In this document: positions 1 through 9,600 of the stretch, one piece after another
Layout of the letters: each line of letters starts with the position of its first letter
How positions within the stretch are numbered: position 1 is the first letter of the stretch
DNA from: Anaerolineales bacterium
GTDB taxonomy: Bacteria > Chloroflexota > Anaerolineae > Anaerolineales > RBG-16-64-43
DNA length: 64,000 bases
NCBI GenBank assembly: GCA_016928575.1
Contig: JAFGKK010000068.1
Coordinates: forward strand, 26,319-90,318
Direction of reading: 5' to 3'
The notes under the pieces: generated by a model
Database searches by the model: none
Told to the model about the DNA's origin: nothing
What the model saw: the letters and a program-made list of their open reading frames with translations, nothing else
Program-made: the position numbers and the translations under genes

Positions 1-1
1 C

Positions 2-232
2 ATTTGCATCCCTTTGGGCTTCTGTCCGCTGATCCTCGGATCGCTGGAGATCCTCTACGCCGCGAAGCTGCTGCGGAATCCGATTTCTCCGAAGGTCCGG
101 CCCGCATATCACATTGCCGTGCTGGAAATCCTCGGCGCCCTTTTTGGAAACGTCTTCGCGCTGATTGCCGGCATCGCTTCGCTGATCTTCTACAACGACC
201 GGGAAGTCCGGCGCGCCTTCGGAGAAACATGA
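2..232 (+). CDS. C-terminal fragment of a hydrophobic membrane protein (gene begins upstream of window)
   Basis: The frame is open to the window edge. It encodes hydrophobic helices (LILGSLEILYAA, VLEILGALFGNVFALIAGIASLIF). The competing 4..294 ORF is an Arg-rich frame artefact. Confidence 0.4.
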   Translation: MCIPLGFCPLILGSLEILYAAKLLRNPISPKVRPAYHIAVLEILGALFGNVFALIAGIASLIFYNDREVRRAFGET

Positions 233-290
233 CCGTCCCGAGCGGCGGACTCCGCTGGCGTTCGGCCGCGGGAAGGGGGAGGATTTTCCG

Positions 291-2003
291 ATGAAGCCCG
301 CCAAACGATGGGAAATCGCTCCGGAGCCCGGGGAGCCGGTCTTCCGGGAACTGCATTTCATCCCCAAGCCCATCGTACGCGCCTTGTTCCACCGCGGCAT
401 CGCCGAGGAGGATGCGGCGCGCGCCTTTTTCCAATCCGACCTCGAGCCTGCGGCGGATCCATTCCTGCTGGAGGGCATGTCCGAGGCGGTGGAGAGGATC
501 CTGCGCGGGATCCGGTCCGGGGAGCCGATCGTCGTCTACGGCGATTACGACACCGACGGCGTGACGGCCACCGCCATGCTGGTGGATTTCCTGGAATCGA
601 TCGGCGCGCGCGCCTCCCATTACATCCCCAGCCGGTTCGCAGAAGGCTATGGATTGAACCGCCCTGCGCTGGAGGGTTTGGCCGCCGAGGGCGCGCGGAT
701 CGTGGTGACGGTAGATTGCGGCGCCCGGTCGGCGGCCGAAGCCGAGTTTGCGGCCAAGCGCAACCTGGATCTGATCATCACCGATCATCATCCCCCGGGG
801 AAAGAAGAGCCTGCCGCCTTGGCGTTCCTCGATCCCAAACGGTCCGGTTCCGCGTACCCCGAGAAAAACCTCGCGGGAGTGGGAGTGGCTTACCGCTTGG
901 TACAGGCGATCTCCCGCCGGATCGGAGCGGGCGCCTGCCCCGCACCCGAAGGGTATCTCGACCTCGTCGCCGTCGGTACGGTGGCCGACATGGTGCCCCT
1001 GTTGGGGGAAAACCGCCGCCTGGTCCGCGAAGGTCTGGAAATCCTCAACGCTCCGGTGCGGCTCCACATGCGGCCCGGGCTGGAGCAATTGATGCAGGCG
1101 GCGGGGCTGAAGTGCGGTGACGTCTCCGCCCAGGGGATCGGTTTCATCCTCGGCCCCCGGCTGAACGCCTCGGGCCGGCTGGATACCGCGGACTCGGCTG
1201 TGCGCCTGCTCCTCTCCCGCGACGCGCAGCAAGCCCGGGAATATGCTTCGCGGCTGAACGCCCAAAACCGGGAACGCCAGTCGCTGACCAAAGCCGCCGT
1301 CGCCCAGGCGCGGACCCTAGCCTCGCAGGCCGCGGATTGGGATCCGGATTCTCCCCCGTTCTTCATCATGGTGGAACACGAAGGATTCAATCCCGGAGTG
1401 ATCGGGCTGGCGGCATCCCGCCTGATGGAGGACTACTTCCGCCCGGTGGCGGTGGTCGCGGTCGAAGGGGAGAAAGCGCGGGGCTCGATCCGCAGCATAC
1501 CGGGTTTCCACATCACTGAAGCGCTGGAAGCCTGCCGCGAAATCCTCGACCGCTTCGGGGGACATTCCGCGGCCGCGGGCTTTACCGTCGCGCGGGATCG
1601 CCTCCCCGATTTACGGAGCAGGCTGGAAAAACTCGCCGCGGACGCCCTCCGCGGGAAGGCGCTTCATCCGGTCTTGGCGTTGGATTCGGAAGTCCGGCTT
1701 AACGAAATTTCGTGGGACTTGCACCGGTGGATCGCCCGCCTGGAACCGTGCGGGCAGGGGAATCCGGCGCCGGCATTCTTCAGCCGCGGATTGCGCGTGC
1801 TGCAAAAACGTTGCGTGGGCAAGGATTCTTCGCATTTGAAACTGACCCTGGCCGAGGGGGATGCTTCCATCGGCGCCATTGCCTTCGGCTTCGGTTCCAT
1901 GGAAAGCGTCCTGCCGCGGACCGTGGATGTCGCCTTCTCGCTCGAAGAGGATACCTATTACGGCAGGCGGTTGCAGATGCGGGTGATCGATATTAAAGGA
2001 TAG
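291..2003 (+). CDS. recJ: Single-stranded-DNA-specific exonuclease RecJ
   Basis: DHH-family motifs are present (VVYGDYDTDGV, VTVDCG, ITDHH) with a DHHA1-like GGHSAAAGF. Length of 570 aa is typical for RecJ. Confidence 0.9.
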   Translation: MKPAKRWEIAPEPGEPVFRELHFIPKPIVRALFHRGIAEEDAARAFFQSDLEPAADPFLLEGMSEAVERILRGIRSGEPIVVYGDYDTDGVTATAMLVDFLESIGARASHYIPSRFAEGYGLNRPALEGLAAEGARIVVTVDCGARSAAEAEFAAKRNLDLIITDHHPPGKEEPAALAFLDPKRSGSAYPEKNLAGVGVAYRLVQAISRRIGAGACPAPEGYLDLVAVGTVADMVPLLGENRRLVREGLEILNAPVRLHMRPGLEQLMQAAGLKCGDVSAQGIGFILGPRLNASGRLDTADSAVRLLLSRDAQQAREYASRLNAQNRERQSLTKAAVAQARTLASQAADWDPDSPPFFIMVEHEGFNPGVIGLAASRLMEDYFRPVAVVAVEGEKARGSIRSIPGFHITEALEACREILDRFGGHSAAAGFTVARDRLPDLRSRLEKLAADALRGKALHPVLALDSEVRLNEISWDLHRWIARLEPCGQGNPAPAFFSRGLRVLQKRCVGKDSSHLKLTLAEGDASIGAIAFGFGSMESVLPRTVDVAFSLEEDTYYGRRLQMRVIDIKG

Positions 2004-2516
2004 CCTGACACCAGCGCCCTCTCCGCTGACCATTCTCCATCGATTATGAAAATGAAAAAAGGAATTTTTCCTCACCCTGCAAAAGGATTTTTCGAGACAC
2101 CACACTTGGCAGGGTGTTGAAAAAAACATGGCGGTTGAGAAGCCCCAGTGCATTTTCAGAGCGCAACGAAATTATTGAAAATTGCTAGGGTCTCGTCCGC
2201 CCTGGCCGGGCTGGGCCAGGGATGCGCCTGAATAAACAGCGGCCTACCCCGGCCTTGCTCCGAGTAGCGGGGCGAGGCTCGACTACCCTTATCAACATAC
2301 AAAAAAAGTCCCGAGCGGATATTACGAGTGAAGCGAGGGAAAGGCGGATGGGGGGAGGCTGAGATAGGTAAAAAAACCGTTCTTAGCTTCATCGCGCCTT
2401 AGTGGTTATTAAGAAAAAAGCCCGCCGAGCGAAGGAATGTCAGGGACAACTATGCCGATTCATCTCTCTGCGTGTATTTGCGACTTGGTTTTCTATCACC
2501 CAGGCCGAGAAGACGG

Positions 2517-3200
2517 TTAATCCACAAAACGGTACTTTACCAGCGCCCAAACGGCCGCGAAGGCGTCGGCCAGCCCGATCTTTTTCCCTTCGTTGTACTC
2601 CCGCGGATTGAAGGAGATCGGAATTTCAAAAAGCCGCGCCTTGCGCTTCAGGACCTTGGCGGTGATTTCGGGTTCGAAGTCGAACCGGTTAGCGCGTAAT
2701 GGAATGCTTTTCAGCAGATCGGCTTTAAACACCTTGTATCCGGTTTCCATATCCGAGAGGATGCTGTTGTAGAGAACATTGGTCGCCAGGGTCAGCAAGT
2801 GGTTGGCCACCATGTGCCAGAACATCGTCACCCGGCGTTTGGCTCCGAGGAAGCGGGATCCGTACACCACGTCCGCCACTCCACATTCGATCGGCTCCAG
2901 CAGGGCGGGGTATTCCGCCGGGTTGTATTCAAGGTCGGCATCCTGGACCAGGATCACGTCGCCGGAGGCTTTGCGGAATCCCGTCCGCAGCGCCGCGCCC
3001 TTTCCCTGATTGCAATCATGGAATACGGCGACGACCTCGGGGGGAGAGTCGAGCGAACGGAGGATCTCGCGGGTTCCGTCGGTCGAGCCGTCGTCGACCA
3101 ACAGTATCTCGGATGCCAAGCCGGTGGCCTTTACCCTGCGGACGATCTCGGCCGCCGTTTCCTTCTCGTTGAAGACGGGGATCACCACGCTTAATTTCAT
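2517..3200 (-). CDS. GT2 glycosyltransferase, polyprenyl/dolichyl-phosphate sugar (mannose/glucose) synthase-like
   Basis: N-terminus [25 protein letters not shown] and the QDADLEY (DxD) motif are present. The protein is 227 aa and soluble, Ppm1/DPM1-like in size. Confidence 0.85.
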   Translation of the reverse strand: MKLSVVIPVFNEKETAAEIVRRVKATGLASEILLVDDGSTDGTREILRSLDSPPEVVAVFHDCNQGKGAALRTGFRKASGDVILVQDADLEYNPAEYPALLEPIECGVADVVYGSRFLGAKRRVTMFWHMVANHLLTLATNVLYNSILSDMETGYKVFKADLLKSIPLRANRFDFEPEITAKVLKRKARLFEIPISFNPREYNEGKKIGLADAFAAVWALVKYRFVD

Positions 3201-3229
3201 CGAGGGAAAGTATACCGGGACTGACGGTG

Positions 3230-3258
3230 TTGGGCAACCCGCGAGCTCGTGCTATAAT
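3230..3258 (+). promoter_or_regulatory. Candidate sigma70-type promoter for the + strand array (TTGGGC -17 nt- TGcTATAAT)
   Basis: Perfect TATAAT at 3253-3258 with a TG extension at 3250-3251, and TTGGGC at 3230-3235. It lies in the divergent gap between the GT2 gene and the ATPase gene. Confidence 0.45.
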
Positions 3259-3309
3259 TCGTTGGAATCAGGATCCAGCCCCCCGGTCTTCTGCATCTGG
3301 AGGTGTCCT

Positions 3310-4644
3310 TTGCCCACTCCTGCATCGATCCCCCGCGCCGCCGAATCGGGCCCCCGTTTCACACCGCCCGTCATCACCCGCGTGGAAGATACCGGCCTCT
3401 CTTCGCTGTGGCTGCAGGACCTGGCTTTAAAAATTTTCTACTTCCGCGGATACCTCACCGGCTTCCGGGTGGCCGACCTCATGGCGCTGCCCTTTACCGG
3501 GATCGTGGACCAGATCGTCGAAACCCTGAAGCGGGAAAAACTGATCGAGGTGAAATCCCAAACCGGGATCGGCGACGGCGCCTACCAGTACGCCATTACC
3601 GGTCAGGGGATGATTCGCGCGCGGGAGGCGCTGGATCGCAGCCAGTATGCGGGAGCGGCGCCCGTTCCGCTCACCGACTACAATGCGGCGATTCGCAAAC
3701 AAGCCCGGGCGCGCCCGGCCGTCAACGCCCGCGTGATGCATCAATGCCTGCACGCCCTGACGCTTTCGGAGACGACATTTTCCCGGATCGGTCCGGCGGT
3801 GAACTCCGGAACGTCGATCTTCCTGTACGGACCTCCCGGAAACGGAAAAACCACTATGGCCCGGGCGATCGGCGACCTGATTCTTCAAGAAGAAATGTAC
3901 ATTCCCTACGCCCTGGACGTGGAAGGACATGTCGTCAAGTTATACGATTCCGTGAACCACCAATTGGTTCCCGAAGACGATCCTTCCTCCAGCCAGGCCA
4001 CCAGCACCATCCAGCGCAGCGCCAGCAAACGGGATCCGCGCTGGGTGCGGATCCGGCGGCCGTTCATCATGGTCGGAGGCGAATTAACCCTGGCCGGATT
4101 GGATCTGGTGTTCAACGACGTGCAGAAATACTACGAGGCGCCGTTTCAGGTGAAGGCCAACGGCGGCATCCTGCTGATCGACGACTTCGGCCGCCAGCAG
4201 GTGCGTCCGCGGGATCTGTTGAACCGCTGGATCGTGCCCCTCGAAAATCGGATCGACTATCTGACCCTCCACACCGGACAAAAAATCGAAATCCCCTTCG
4301 ACGTGATGGTGGTGTTCTCGACCAACCTTCCGCCGAAGGATCTGGTGGATGAAGCCTTCCTGCGCCGCCTGCGCCACAAGATCGAAGTGGTGGATCCGAC
4401 CTTTGACGAGTACCGCGAAATCTTCAAACGGGTTGCGGAATCGAAGGGCGTGGCTTACAACGAACAGGCGCTGGCGTACCTGATCCAGGAATACTATATC
4501 AAGACCAACCGCAAACCGCGGGCTTCGCATCCGCGCGATTTGTGCGATCAGATCCTCGACATCGGCCGCTATATGGGCACGGAACCCACCATGACCAAGG
4601 ACCTGATCGACCGGGCCGCGCAATCTTACTTCGTCGAGCTCTAA
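3310..4644 (+). CDS. AAA+ ATPase with a possible N-terminal winged-helix-like domain, function unknown
   Basis: Walker A is LYGPPGNGKTT, Walker B is GILLIDDFG, and there is an arginine-rich FLRRLRHKIEV region. I prefer the in-frame TTG at 3310, preceded by GGAGG at 3299-3303. The track ATG at 3010 would overlap the GT2 gene antisense by 190 nt. Confidence 0.75.
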   Translation: MPTPASIPRAAESGPRFTPPVITRVEDTGLSSLWLQDLALKIFYFRGYLTGFRVADLMALPFTGIVDQIVETLKREKLIEVKSQTGIGDGAYQYAITGQGMIRAREALDRSQYAGAAPVPLTDYNAAIRKQARARPAVNARVMHQCLHALTLSETTFSRIGPAVNSGTSIFLYGPPGNGKTTMARAIGDLILQEEMYIPYALDVEGHVVKLYDSVNHQLVPEDDPSSSQATSTIQRSASKRDPRWVRIRRPFIMVGGELTLAGLDLVFNDVQKYYEAPFQVKANGGILLIDDFGRQQVRPRDLLNRWIVPLENRIDYLTLHTGQKIEIPFDVMVVFSTNLPPKDLVDEAFLRRLRHKIEVVDPTFDEYREIFKRVAESKGVAYNEQALAYLIQEYYIKTNRKPRASHPRDLCDQILDIGRYMGTEPTMTKDLIDRAAQSYFVEL

Positions 4645-4837
4645 CCGGAATGCCGGCTTCTCCCGGCCCCATCCTCCGAACGACGCCGGCGGAATTGCCC
4701 ACCGCCGGCTTTTTTCCGCCCGGGCGGGCGCGGAATCGAACGGAGGAATCCGGCGGCACCGGGCTGCGTTTCTTGAATCCCCCCAACGATTTTCTTATAA
4801 TGGATGGTGTTCTTATCCTGATCATGGGAAGGGCATT

Positions 4838-6481
4838 ATGGATCGGACAACCGGCCTTTGGACCTCCGGCAAGCGGGCCGTCATCGTCGGCCTGATCGCC
4901 GCAGCGCTCCTGATCCTCACCGCCGACGCCATCGGACTCACCTGGGATGAGCCGGCCTACATCACGGCCTCGGAATCCTACACAGGCTGGTTCCACCGGC
5001 TGGTGTTCGGTCCGCACGGCGTATTGAACCGGAAGGTCATCGACGGTCATTGGACGGCGAACTCCGAGCATCCGCCCCTTAACAAGGTTTTCTCCGGGCT
5101 GGTGTGGGGGGTGACGCACACCCTCGTCGACGATCTGCTGGCGCACCGGTTGGCCAACATGCTGTTGTTCGGGCTGATGGCCGCGCTTTTGTATCACATG
5201 ATCGCGGACGAGTTGGGGGAAGCGGCGGCGATCGGGTCCGTGGCCGCCCTCATGACCTTGCCGAGGCTCTTCTTCCACGCCCACTTGGCGGCGCTCGACG
5301 TTCCCGCCGCCGGGATGATCGTGGTCGTCACCTACGTATTCTGGCGCACGAAGGAAAGCGCCCGTTGGCGCTATACGGTCCTGCTGGGCGCGGTGTGGGG
5401 CTTGGCCCTCTCCACCAAAATCAACACAGCCTTCGTGCTGCCGACCCTTTTCCTGTGGACGTTGGTTTTCCGGCGGAAACCCTACCTGATCCTGCGTTTG
5501 GTGCTGGCCGGTATCCTCGCCGCGCCCGTCTTCGTCGGGTTATGGCCGTGGCTGTATTACGACACCTTTGAGCGAATTAAGGATTTTGTGGCTTTCCAGA
5601 CGGTAAGCCACTGGAAGATACCGCAGTATTATCTCGGCCGGCTGTTCATGCCGCCCCCGTGGCATTTCCCCTTCGTGATGACCTTGGCCGTCGTTCCCTT
5701 GGGTACGCTGATCCTGGCCGGCCTCGGAATCCTGCGCGGAATATTCCGACGGCGGGACCGGGCGTTCTGCAGTCTGTTGCTCCTAAACGCGTTGGTGCCG
5801 ATGCTCGTGGTGGCCGCCGGACGGACCATGGTTTACGACAACGAACGGTTGATCATGCCCGCCTTTCCGTTTCTGGCCGCACTGGCCGGCGCCGGATTCT
5901 CCTGGCTGGCGCGCATGCTGCGGTCGATGTTCCAACGCGTCCGGGTTCCCGTTCTGGGAACCGCGCTGTCCGCCGCGGCGGCCCTGATCGTGCTTGCCCC
6001 GGCCGTGCACGGCATCACCTCCTACTTTCCGCACCTGCTTTCGTATTATTCCGAAGCCGTGGGCGGATTGCCCGGAGCGGCGAAAATGGGATTGGAGACC
6101 ACGTATTGGTGTGAAAGTTACCGCGAGGCGATCGATTTCATCAACGCCAACGCCAAACCCGGGGATTCGGTGTGGGTCGAATCCTCGAGCTACGAAGTAT
6201 TGGTGTACTACCAGTTGCACGGCGTCCTGCGGCAGGATGTCGTCATCGCCGTTCCGGAAGGCTTCGGAACGGAATCGATCTTCGGCGGCGGAGTCACCTC
6301 CCTTAAGCCCGCGGTCGCCTTCGACGAAGCGACATTCGTGATCCTCCAATACCGCCAATCCGGCCTTTACCAACCGGACAATTCCGAGACCGAGCTGCTG
6401 GAATGGGCCTCCGGCCGGCAGCCGGCCTACCGTTTGGAGCGGGAGGGGGTTCCCGTCATGGATGTGTATTGGAGTTACTGA
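4838..6481 (+). CDS. Polytopic membrane glycosyltransferase, GT-C fold (GT39/PMT_2/ArnT-like)
   Basis: There are at least 10 predicted hydrophobic helices. An acidic first-loop motif LTWDEPAYI follows TM1. A soluble C-terminal domain of about 140 aa is present. Confidence 0.75.
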   Translation: MDRTTGLWTSGKRAVIVGLIAAALLILTADAIGLTWDEPAYITASESYTGWFHRLVFGPHGVLNRKVIDGHWTANSEHPPLNKVFSGLVWGVTHTLVDDLLAHRLANMLLFGLMAALLYHMIADELGEAAAIGSVAALMTLPRLFFHAHLAALDVPAAGMIVVVTYVFWRTKESARWRYTVLLGAVWGLALSTKINTAFVLPTLFLWTLVFRRKPYLILRLVLAGILAAPVFVGLWPWLYYDTFERIKDFVAFQTVSHWKIPQYYLGRLFMPPPWHFPFVMTLAVVPLGTLILAGLGILRGIFRRRDRAFCSLLLLNALVPMLVVAAGRTMVYDNERLIMPAFPFLAALAGAGFSWLARMLRSMFQRVRVPVLGTALSAAAALIVLAPAVHGITSYFPHLLSYYSEAVGGLPGAAKMGLETTYWCESYREAIDFINANAKPGDSVWVESSSYEVLVYYQLHGVLRQDVVIAVPEGFGTESIFGGGVTSLKPAVAFDEATFVILQYRQSGLYQPDNSETELLEWASGRQPAYRLEREGVPVMDVYWSY

Positions 6482-6623
6482 GCGGGCAATTCGGCGGATC
6501 GTCCGCGCCGCCGCGGTCCGCCGACGGTATTGATGTCTGAAAGGGCGCATGGAAACCGGAGGAGATGCCCTTTGGGTTGCGATTTCTCATAAGATGATGC
6601 ATACTTAATGCGAAGGATGACGG

Positions 6624-9600
6624 ATGACGGAAATCGCACTCCGCGCGTATAACCAGGAGATCAAGGACCTTATCGATCACGGCCATTTCGATGAGGCGAT
6701 CGCGCATTGCCAGCACGTCTTGGAATCCTTCCCACGCCATATCGAAACCTACCGGCTCTTGGGAAAGGCGTTCTTGGAACAAGGCCGCCACGGCGATGCT
6801 GCGGACGTGTTCCAGCGGGTGCTTTCCGCCATACCCGAAGACTGGCTTTCGCACGTGGCGATGGCCATCGTCCGGGAGGACGAAAGCAACCTCGATATGG
6901 CGATCTGGCATATGGAGCGCGCCTACGAGGTGAATCCGTCCAATCCGACGGTTCAGCAGGAGGTGCGCAGGCTGCGCGGCCGGCGGGACGGGGTGGAACC
7001 GCCGAAACTCCGCCTTACCCGTTCGGCGCTGGCGCGGATGTACATCAAAGGGGGGTTGTACGGGCAGGCGATCGCGGAGATCCGCGGCGCTCTGTCAGAG
7101 GATCCGGACCGGCCGGATTTGCAGGTCCTGCTGGCATCCGCACTATACGATTCCGGTGCAATCCAGGAGGCCGCCGACCTCTGCAACACCCTTTTGCAGA
7201 AGCTCCCCTATTGCCTGGAGGCCAACCGGATACTGGGCTTGGTCCTGCTGGCGACGGACAAAGCGGAGGACGCGGAAAAATTATTCCAGCGGATAGAATC
7301 GCTGGATCCCCATATCGATATCGAGATCTTGAAAAAAGACAAGCGGATTGCTGAGCATCCCGGGCAAATGGTCTCTCTCTCCCGTCTGGAGTATGAGGGG
7401 CAGGAAAAGACCGTCCGCACAAAGCAGCAGCCGTCTTGGGCGTCGTCTTTGGGATTGAAGATCGAAGAACCGCAGCAAAAACAAGCCATTCCGGATTGGC
7501 TGGCGGCGGCCTCCCAGTCTTCAGCCGCATCCCCGTCCACTCCCAAACCCGCCGAGTCTTCGGCGGAATCCGCGGCAGCGATTCCCTCCTGGCTGGAGCA
7601 AGCCTCGGCTGCTGTCACGCCTCCCGTTCCGTCGGGTCCTTCGATTGGCACTCCGGCGGAGCCGCCCATCCCGATCGCCCGAACTGCGACGGGCGAACTT
7701 CCGGATTGGATTCAGAAGCAGGCGATTCCAGCCGAAACGCCGCCGGAGAGGACGTCCAGCCCGCTTCCGGATTGGTTGTCGGCGGCGGCTGCGCCGCCTG
7801 AAACGGCCTCCCCCGTTTCCGCAACGGCAACCGGTGATGCGCTTCCGGATTGGCTGGCCGCCGCCGCGGCGGCGCCGATGGCGGACCAGCCGGTCGAACC
7901 CAAGGCGCCCGCAGGAACGGCGGAACAGGCCACCGGCAACGCTTTACCGGATTGGATCAAAACGTCCTCCCTGACGTCGGAGCCGCCGAAGGAAAAAATT
8001 TCCGATATTCCGGATTGGCTATCTACTCCGCCTCCACCCGCGGTGGATGCTCTGCCGCCCACATCTTTGCCGGAGTGGTCCAGGCCGGAAACGAAAACCG
8101 GCCCGTTGGAAATCGAATCCGGAAATATCCCCGATTGGCTGAGTTCATCGCAACCCACCAGCTCCGGGGTCGCGCCGGAACAGGAATGGATGAAAGAGGC
8201 ACCCAAACCGCCCTCCGACGCCATGCCGGAATGGATGAAGGGAGTATCCCCGGCCGAACCTCAGGCCTCCGTCCAACCCTCCGGCGAAGACGTTCCGGAT
8301 TGGCTGCGGGAGACGACAGCCCCGGCCGCGAAACCGGTGGAACTGGTTCCCGAATGGATGCGCGGCGAAGCCTCGGCACCCGCCGCCAGCCCGCCCAAAA
8401 AATCGGCCGGCAAAATGCCTCCGCCGGAAGAAGATATTCCAGAATGGATGAAACCGGAACCGTCCGAGGTGCCGGTTCTCCCGCCGTCGAAACCGATCTT
8501 CGGTGCAAAAACCGAACCGCCGGCAGAGGCGCCTTCGGCGCCGCCTTCCGCCCCAACGCCAGCGGCATCCGCTCCGGAAGTAGACTTGCCGGATTGGATG
8601 AAAGCCGCTTCATCCCCGGAGCCCGCCGCCGAAAAACCGCGGGAGGCCGAACCCGAGGCGGCACCCGCGGAGGAAATTCCAGATTGGTTGAAAGGCGCCG
8701 CCCCATCGGGGATCCAACCCGCCGCGATGCCGGTGGAAGGCGCGGAATCTCCGGCGGCCGCAGAGGAACGCCCTCCGGCGGAACCCGTTCCGGATGTCGA
8801 TATGCCCGACTGGTTGAAAGCGGTCCCGGCACGGCCGCCGGCCCCCGTGGAAGCAAAACCGTCCGTCGAAGCTCCGGTTCAAACGGCTCCTGCTGTGGAA
8901 ATCCCGGATTGGTTGAAGGGCGGGCCCTCAGCAGCCGCCGCGGAATCGGGCCAGCCGAAAGCGCCCGCCGAAGTCCCGGCAGGAGCCGAACCGGAGGTGG
9001 AACTGCCGGATTGGCTCAGAGATGCTTCGTCCGTACCGGCTTCGGGAGCCGTTGCGGCAACACCCGTGGTAACACCTTCCTCACCCCCGTCAGAGGCTGT
9101 TGCCTCTGCGGAGGCCCCTGAGACTCCTTTCATTTCGCAAAAATCCGCTCCTCCCAAACCGCCACAAACCCTGCCGGGACAAGCGGCCGAGGAACCGGGT
9201 CCAGCCCATGCAACGCCGACGGCCAAAGACGGAATAGACCTGCCGGATTGGCTGGTCACCCAACTGCAGGGAAAACCGAATGCCGCGGAAGCCGCTCCCG
9301 CCGCGGCGAAAGCCGAGGCGCCGTTGCCCGATTGGTTGAGGCCGGCGAATTCCGGAGCGGCGGCTCCCGTCGTGGACTGGGAAAAAGCCGCCAGCCAGCC
9401 GTTGCCTGCGGCGCCGGTCGATGCGACGAGGCCGGCAAAACCAGCGGAGGAAAAACCCGCGGGCGGGGCGGCGCAAGTCCCCGGATGGCTGGATAAATCC
9501 AAACCGACTGGAAGCGATACGGTGGCCCGATGGCTGGACCGGCGGTTGAAAACCTCCACGTTGAGTTCTTTGGATGAAGCGGTATTGAAAAGCGGTGTGA

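Noticed and set aside
4-294. 96-aa ORF at the window start
   Set aside because: It is an Arg/Pro-rich translation typical of an off-frame read in GC-rich DNA. It overlaps a more protein-like hydrophobic frame (2..232) and the recJ start.
308-1120. 270-aa ORF inside recJ (alternate frame)
   Set aside because: It has extreme Arg/Gly/Pro composition and lies entirely within the well-supported recJ frame.
2046-2120. 24-aa mini-ORF MKMKKGIFPHPAKGFFETPHLAGC
   Set aside because: There is no RBS. It overlaps an inverted repeat that more likely acts as RNA structure. The evidence is insufficient.
2156-2392. 78-aa minus-strand ORF; I also considered RNase P RNA because of an AAAGTCCCGAGC string near 2306
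   Set aside because: The ORF has no RBS and a non-protein-like sequence. The RNase P idea fails because the flanking conserved boxes (GAGGAAAGTCCGGGC, ACAGAACCCGGCTTA) are absent on both strands.
7850-9121. 423-aa alternate-frame ORF within the giant repeat gene
   Set aside because: It is an Arg/Gly-rich frame artefact of the Pro/Ala-rich coding frame. Only the 6624 frame preserves the PDWL periodicity.
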